Source: a virus (Duplodnaviria > Caudoviricetes). From it: a stretch of 51,808 nt of DNA. Location: the IMG/VR virus record IMGVR_UViG_3300030107_003389, positions 1-51,808 of that record, one strand, 5' to 3'. The notes under the pieces are model-generated. The model searched no databases. It saw only the letters and a list, made by a program, of their open reading frames with translations, and was not told the origin of the DNA. Positions within the stretch are counted from its first letter, which is position 1. Each line of letters opens with the position of its first letter. Position numbers and translations under genes: made by a program. Below, one piece after another: positions 47,039 to 51,808 of the stretch.

Positions 47039-47047
47039 CTCTATACC

Positions 47048-47338
47048 TCACTTTTGTTGCATCATCATGCGTTCAATGTTTTTAACATCATCACGCATTT
47101 CTTTTTGTTCTTCTTTCATTTCAGTAACATCTTTTTGTGTTTCAATGATTGTATTTCTAATCATTTGGTCTTTTAAGTCATATTCTGTACGACCTACTTC
47201 TGGTACTGGTAATTCTTTTGCTTCTTCAATGTCTGCTTGAAGAGTAAACCACATACCAATTACCATGGCTACAGAAACTAAGATACTAATACCTGTTTCT
47301 ATAGTTAGTGTAAATTTGCTATCTTTACTTACTTCCAT
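47048..47338 (-). CDS. Single-TM coiled-coil membrane protein
   Basis: N-terminal TM helix, C-terminal coiled coil. Confidence 0.7.
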   Translation of the reverse strand: MEVSKDSKFTLTIETGISILVSVAMVIGMWFTLQADIEEAKELPVPEVGRTEYDLKDQMIRNTIIETQKDVTEMKEEQKEMRDDVKNIERMMMQQK

Positions 47339-47468
47339 CTTTAATTCCTGCCTTTTTATATCTGTGTTTGTTAAAAATCTTTTTCCATCTTTCTTCGTAT
47401 TCTTTTCTGTCTATAGACATAGGTCTTGGTTTATCTCCTTTACCTGCTCCATTTGGTCCTTTAAACAT
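47325..47468 (-). CDS. 47-aa basic microprotein (GKGDKPRP...YEERWKKIF; not in track)
   Basis: TAATG-coupled; motif recurrent in small phage proteins. Confidence 0.65.
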   Translation of the reverse strand: MFKGPNGAGKGDKPRPMSIDRKEYEERWKKIFNKHRYKKAGIKDGSK

Positions 47469-47683
47469 TATTTTTTATAAACCTTTTCTGCTCCAGCAAT
47501 TCCAAACGAACCTAATGTTACCCAAACAAATGAATTATAAATATTATCGTTAATTATAATTTCTTGTCCTAATAAACCTGTTACTAAATCTACAACTCCA
47601 AATACACACATAAGTGCAAAAGAAATAAATCCAATAATAGATTTTTCATTATATTCGTTCTTATCTTTAAATATTGCCCACAT
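47468..47683 (-). CDS. Two-TM membrane protein
   Basis: Two hydrophobic helices. Confidence 0.7.
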   Translation of the reverse strand: MWAIFKDKNEYNEKSIIGFISFALMCVFGVVDLVTGLLGQEIIINDNIYNSFVWVTLGSFGIAGAEKVYKK

Positions 47684-47687
47684 AATA

Positions 47688-48380
47688 TTAAGTTAAATTA
47701 GCTGGTACAACAGCTCTTGTTCCTCCAACTTTATCATTTTTCTTCATACCAAATTTTCTTAATGCCTCTCTATAACTTGCTAATGCTTGTTGTGCAGCAG
47801 CTAGTTTAATTTGTGCAATATTAGGGTCATCTGTTCTTGCAGCAGCATCCATTAAAGCTTTTCCTTTTACATAATCAATTAATGCAGGCTGTAATTCGTT
47901 TTCAATATCTATAGTTCCTGTTGTAAGAGAAGTTAATTTATCTGGTTCTGCATGATATGAAATTAATATTCCACCAGAAATATAATTTACAGTATATACA
48001 TCAGTATTATCAACATGTGCTGCGTCTGTTGTGTCTCTATATCCTCTTGTAACAGTTAAATTTTGACTACCTGGTTTAGCAGTTACTAATACAATTTCAC
48101 TATCAAGCTTTAACATATCATTAACAGATATATTAGTAACATCATCAACAGTTAATGTAGTATCTCCAGCAGCAAATGGATTTTCATTAATTTTATTTTT
48201 AGTTTCATTATCGCTTTGATAAGATTGATTTGTTCCTAATTGAACTGCTTTATATCTACCTTCGCCTGTTTCTGTAGTATTAGCATCTCCTTTAGAAGTT
48301 ACTATAGCTATTCTATTGCCATCAATATACCATGCAAATGTATCGGAAGGGTCTGTATATATACTATCGATTGCTGCCAT
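47688..48380 (-). CDS. Head-tail adaptor / tail tubular A-like protein
   Basis: C-terminal LQPALIDYVK motif; internal AAGDTTLTVD...VTRGY domain; position. Confidence 0.55.
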   Translation of the reverse strand: MAAIDSIYTDPSDTFAWYIDGNRIAIVTSKGDANTTETGEGRYKAVQLGTNQSYQSDNETKNKINENPFAAGDTTLTVDDVTNISVNDMLKLDSEIVLVTAKPGSQNLTVTRGYRDTTDAAHVDNTDVYTVNYISGGILISYHAEPDKLTSLTTGTIDIENELQPALIDYVKGKALMDAAARTDDPNIAQIKLAAAQQALASYREALRKFGMKKNDKVGGTRAVVPANLT

Positions 48381-48721
48381 TATACTTCAGTCCATCCGAA
48401 TACACCACTAATTGATGTTTCATTATAAAATTGTTTAATTTTTCCATCTAATAATCTTGGAATTAATATATATTCTCCATCGCTATTTTTTATATAACAA
48501 TTATAGATTTTGTTTACAGTTATATTTTGATTATCATCCAAATCATACCATAATTTATTGTCTATTAAATTTGTTTTAGCATTTTCTGTTTTTTGTCTAT
48601 GTTGCCCCATATCTATTAATGCTTCATTAATTAAATTTAATACATAATTTTCTGATACTCCAGGAACTGCTTGTAAAACTCTACTATATATTTCTTTTCC
48701 GTTAAATTCTATTGCTGCCAT
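48380..48721 (-). CDS. Virion structural protein (adaptor-like)
   Basis: TAATG-coupled start MAAIEF; LNLINEAL. Confidence 0.55.
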   Translation of the reverse strand: MAAIEFNGKEIYSRVLQAVPGVSENYVLNLINEALIDMGQHRQKTENAKTNLIDNKLWYDLDDNQNITVNKIYNCYIKNSDGEYILIPRLLDGKIKQFYNETSISGVFGWTEV

Positions 48722-49737
48722 TATACACTTCCTTGTAATATTTGTATTTCTTCTTTGTATTGACCGTCTATCATTTGATATTGTTGAACATACCAATTAT
48801 ATTTTGCTTGGTCGTCTGCTAATCTTGCTTGTATTTCTGCTCCATATCCTTGAGCTTCTGATAAAGATGCATTAATTTCTTTAATTCTCATGTCTCCAAT
48901 AGAAGTCCATTCTGCTAAATGCATTTGTGCTCTTTGTAATTCTGTTTGAGCAATATTTAAAGCTGATGTAACTAATTCTACATCTTCAGTAGCTTGTGCT
49001 CCAAATGCATCAGTTGTTGTAGAAGGTTGGTTTCCATTTATAATATCTGATGCTTGGTCTAATGCATTTTTAACTCTTGTTAATTGAGAGTTTGCAGTTG
49101 TAAATGTATCTTCATCTCCCCAAACAGATTCTTCAGATGTATTCATTTTATCTATAGCTGCTTCTGCTGCGTCTATTGCTGCTTTCATAGCTGTAAGTGC
49201 AGTAGGAATATCATTATTATTCATAACATCAGTCATTAATCTTTGTGCATAATTTCTTGCTGCATATAAAACAACAGCTTTTTCTGCTTCATCTGGAAAA
49301 TTAGCAATAGCACTATCTGTATGAGCAACAGTTATTCCAGTATTAATATAATCTAATCTACCATCATAGCTTGCTTCTGTATCAGGAAAAATTTCTAACA
49401 CATCTCCATCAATAAGATAAGCAGGGTCATTTCTTGTTGCATATTCCATATAATTACTATCAAGAACCCTTCCTCTTTGATTAGGAGCTATTAATCTGCA
49501 AGGCATAAAACGGTCACTATTAGTATTATCTTTTCTAGATACAGATATAACTTTTTTGCCTTCTACATCTACTGTATTAGTAAAAGCTTCAGAACTAACT
49601 ATTCTTTGTAATTTTGTAGGACTTAAAACATCTAAAATTTTTCTAGCTCCAGCAGTCAACCAATCAGACATAGCTGTAGTATCAGGAGTATCTTGTGCTC
49701 CTAATATATTTTGTAATTGTGTTTGAAATGTTGCCAT
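48721..49737 (-). CDS. Head-tail connector-like virion protein
   Basis: MATFQTQL...WLT..., FPDEAEKAVVLYAA, coiled-coil C-terminus. Confidence 0.6.
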   Translation of the reverse strand: MATFQTQLQNILGAQDTPDTTAMSDWLTAGARKILDVLSPTKLQRIVSSEAFTNTVDVEGKKVISVSRKDNTNSDRFMPCRLIAPNQRGRVLDSNYMEYATRNDPAYLIDGDVLEIFPDTEASYDGRLDYINTGITVAHTDSAIANFPDEAEKAVVLYAARNYAQRLMTDVMNNNDIPTALTAMKAAIDAAEAAIDKMNTSEESVWGDEDTFTTANSQLTRVKNALDQASDIINGNQPSTTTDAFGAQATEDVELVTSALNIAQTELQRAQMHLAEWTSIGDMRIKEINASLSEAQGYGAEIQARLADDQAKYNWYVQQYQMIDGQYKEEIQILQGSV

Positions 49738-49907
49738 TATTTACCTTGTCCTCTATATTTCTTTTTATATCTATTCAAACTTTTGTTAGATACAAACATG
49801 TGGCTAGTATCTGGAATACTTCCAAAAATGGTTTGCTTACTTAAACCTTGTCTAGTTTTTTTAGCTCCATTAGTTCTTCTTGTAATCTGTTGTCTTAAAC
49901 CACGCAT
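49737..49907 (-). CDS. 56-aa basic microprotein (KKTRQG...KKYRGQGK; not in track)
   Basis: TAATG-coupled on both sides; recurrent phage peptide motif. Confidence 0.75.
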   Translation of the reverse strand: MRGLRQQITRRTNGAKKTRQGLSKQTIFGSIPDTSHMFVSNKSLNRYKKKYRGQGK

Positions 49908-49945
49908 TAATATTTCTTCTTTTTCTTCTTCTTTCTTTTATACAT
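49907..49945 (-). CDS. 12-aa polybasic peptide MYKRKKKKKKKY
   Basis: GGAGGA RBS; TAATG coupling to next gene. Confidence 0.55.
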   Translation of the reverse strand: MYKRKKKKKKKY

Positions 49946-49946
49946 A

Positions 49947-50225
49947 TTATCCTCCACTTTTAACTGTTACTGGGCTATCATCCCATTTAACAGAATTATG
50001 AAGCCTTTTATTAGCATCTGCTTCATTTTTCTTTTGTACTTCTTTTATATGTGTATTCATATCTCTTGTGCCAAATTCAATCTGGTCTTTTCTAATAGCT
50101 GTTGCCATAGGAGTATCTCTTACAACAAATTGAGTGCTCCACTTTGGTGGATGTGCTCTTTTACCACAAGAAGGGCAATTAAACATTCCTTCTTTGTTTG
50201 GTTTGTTGCAATGCTGACAATTCAT
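49947..50225 (-). CDS. Zn-ribbon protein
   Basis: CQHC...CPSCG. Confidence 0.7.
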   Translation of the reverse strand: MNCQHCNKPNKEGMFNCPSCGKRAHPPKWSTQFVVRDTPMATAIRKDQIEFGTRDMNTHIKEVQKKNEADANKRLHNSVKWDDSPVTVKSGG

Positions 50226-50228
50226 CTA

Positions 50229-50423
50229 TTATGTATATAGAATTATATAAGCCACTCTTGAACGGTCTAATTTAACAACTGAAATATCTATAATTGCTTC
50301 ACTAGTGCTATCCAAAGCATTTACTGCTGCTTTAATATCTGCTGCTAAAGAGCCAGATACTGTATCTGCTGCATCGCTTATATCATTAATAACTATTTTT
50401 ACATTTGAGTTATATACTGCCAT
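50229..50423 (-). CDS. Small virion-associated protein
   Basis: AGGAG RBS; 64 aa. Confidence 0.65.
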   Translation of the reverse strand: MAVYNSNVKIVINDISDAADTVSGSLAADIKAAVNALDSTSEAIIDISVVKLDRSRVAYIILYT

Positions 50424-50442
50424 CGTTTTCTCCTATAAATTA

Positions 50443-50522
50443 AAATTTTTAGAGTGTTCGGGGTTGAACCTTTATACGAACAACCCCACAGTACTCAAAA
50501 CTGTTAATCCTCACGGATTAGT
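50443..50522 (-). ncRNA. Structured RNA element after the capsid/decoration genes
   Basis: TAATCC-GTGA-GGATTA (GNRA loop), ACAGT/ACTGT, GGGGTTG..CAACCCC. Confidence 0.5.
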
Positions 50523-50951
50523 TTATGATAGTGTCATATGGTCGTTATCGTGTTGTTGTCCACTTACATAGAAGTTAGAACCGTCACACACTAACTCAGC
50601 CCAATCGCCAACTACTGCTGCAGCTGCCCAAACTAATTCATCAACTCCTGATTCTGCAGATTCTCCACCTGAAGAGTCTGCTGAAGTTATGATACCAATT
50701 AAGGTATCTTCTGCTGAATTAGGGATTACTTTTACTGCATTTGAATCAGCTGTTGTCACGATGAACTTTGCGTGCCATCCTGCACCAGCTGCTGCTGCTG
50801 TTGGTAATGTGATACTAAAAGCAGAAGATTGGTCAAGTGTAAACACTTTTCCAGAATCAGCTGCAGTTAAAGTTCTAGCTGCTGCTACATTTTCTACTTT
50901 TAGCTTTAAATCACTAACACCACTATTTTGCTCTAAATAACTACTTCTCAT
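50523..50951 (-). CDS. Capsid decoration/minor head protein
   Basis: Directly after capsid; TLTAADSGKVF..ITLP...CDGSNFYV beta-rich pattern; GGAGG RBS. Confidence 0.65.
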   Translation of the reverse strand: MRSSYLEQNSGVSDLKLKVENVAAARTLTAADSGKVFTLDQSSAFSITLPTAAAAGAGWHAKFIVTTADSNAVKVIPNSAEDTLIGIITSADSSGGESAESGVDELVWAAAAVVGDWAELVCDGSNFYVSGQQHDNDHMTLS

Positions 50952-50952
50952 T

Positions 50953-51808
50953 TTATAAGCCCTCCACATTAAATAGTGCATGTGCCTCAGGTAAACATAC
51001 TTCAAGACCAGCTTCGGTAAGAATCATATCTTTTCTTAAATCCTCATCTGCTGCTTGTACATTTGTTTGAACTTGAGTATCACGATTAATACCGTTACCT
51101 ACTAAAGGTCTGTAGTATAGTTTAGACATATCAGCCATAAGCATAAGCCCTGCTGAGTGACCTCTAAATAGAGGTTGTTTAACCATATACATGTCTCCAT
51201 GAACTGTATTAATTGCCATCACTTTGTGACCAAATGCTCCATCAGAATGGTCCATTTGAACCCTGTATGGTGCATTTGAATGTCCAACAGAAGCGTCAAT
51301 AAACGCACCGTCGGCAAGTTTGTTAAATAAAGTAACTACAGGTAAAGAAGCCATAACAAGTTTTTCACTTGAGCCTCCTCTTGCTGGGTCAAAAATTACT
51401 TCTAAATCAGAAAGCAATCTATCATAAGTCAGTTGAGCTTGTGTCATTGAACGAGCATAAGCTTTTCCTGATGAATATGATAAATCATTTGTTCCTGTTG
51501 TAAAAGTACTGTTTTTGATAATTTGTCCAACAATACCTTCTGTGTAGTTAATACCATTACTTCTTGCTTTATGATTGAACAACATAGCTCTTTCGATGTC
51601 TATTTTATGTTCTCTCAATTTGAGTGCAAGTACTCTCTCGAACTCATTTGCATATCCACGCATACGAGTTGCATAAGCTGTATTAGTCACTTCAGCTGCA
51701 GTTTTAAAGATTTGAGTATATCCAAATCCATCATCTATTGTGTTTGACCATACATCTGGTGAGCCAGTTCCTTCTGCAAACGCACTACCAATAACTTGAC
51801 ATTTGTCG
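50953..51808 (-). CDS. Major capsid protein, 3' part
   Basis: GYTQIFKT, REHKIDIERAMLF, RKDMILTEAGLE; in frame with 605..1. Confidence 0.9.
   Translation of the reverse strand, partial: DKCQVIGSAFAEGTGSPDVWSNTIDDGFGYTQIFKTAAEVTNTAYATRMRGYANEFERVLALKLREHKIDIERAMLFNHKARSNGINYTEGIVGQIIKNSTFTTGTNDLSYSSGKAYARSMTQAQLTYDRLLSDLEVIFDPARGGSSEKLVMASLPVVTLFNKLADGAFIDASVGHSNAPYRVQMDHSDGAFGHKVMAINTVHGDMYMVKQPLFRGHSAGLMLMADMSKLYYRPLVGNGINRDTQVQTNVQAADEDLRKDMILTEAGLEVCLPEAHALFNVEGL
51719..51808. repeat. 90-bp terminal direct repeat (right copy)
   Basis: Matches 1..90 with one mismatch. Confidence 0.95.

Noticed and set aside
50940-51005. Programmed frameshift fusing capsid to decoration protein
   Set aside because: The downstream gene has its own GGAGG RBS and ATG at 50951; no clear slippery heptamer
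1-51808. Stop-codon reassignment or tRNA genes
   Set aside because: Genes are full length and tightly coupled in the standard code; no cloverleaf with T-loop consensus recognised

Overview
Apparently complete, circularly permuted genome of an AT-rich podovirus-type tailed phage. It is about 51,718 bp once the 90-bp end overlap, which splits the major capsid gene, is removed. Two transcription arms diverge from a control region at about 8.0-8.6 kb. The + arm (8.7-25.8 kb) carries many small, very acidic early proteins, DUF2958, a MoxR-like AAA+/vWA-like pair, a Cas4-like exonuclease, a Sak-like annealase, SSB, an Hjc-like resolvase and DnaB helicase. The - arm carries a HExxH protein, NMAD1, a metallophosphoesterase, TerS/TerL, lysozyme, portal, scaffold, capsid, head-tail proteins, a membrane/periplasm/outer-membrane module, holin, tail tube, a 2230-aa fibre with S74 chaperone, a GAMT/Rmt2-like methyltransferase and ejection proteins. 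I recognised no integrase, DNA polymerase, primase, DNA methyltransferase, tRNA or CRISPR array. The strongest signal is in the DNA itself. A block of about 20 kb starting at the control region is almost purged of many restriction-type motifs (AGCT, GTAC, GANTC, GAAGA, CTAG) that are common elsewhere, and it is strongly enriched in GAGCAC/GTGCTC. It also contains several large islands of tandem hairpins. Motif counts were made by eye and protein calls come from motif recognition, not database searches.
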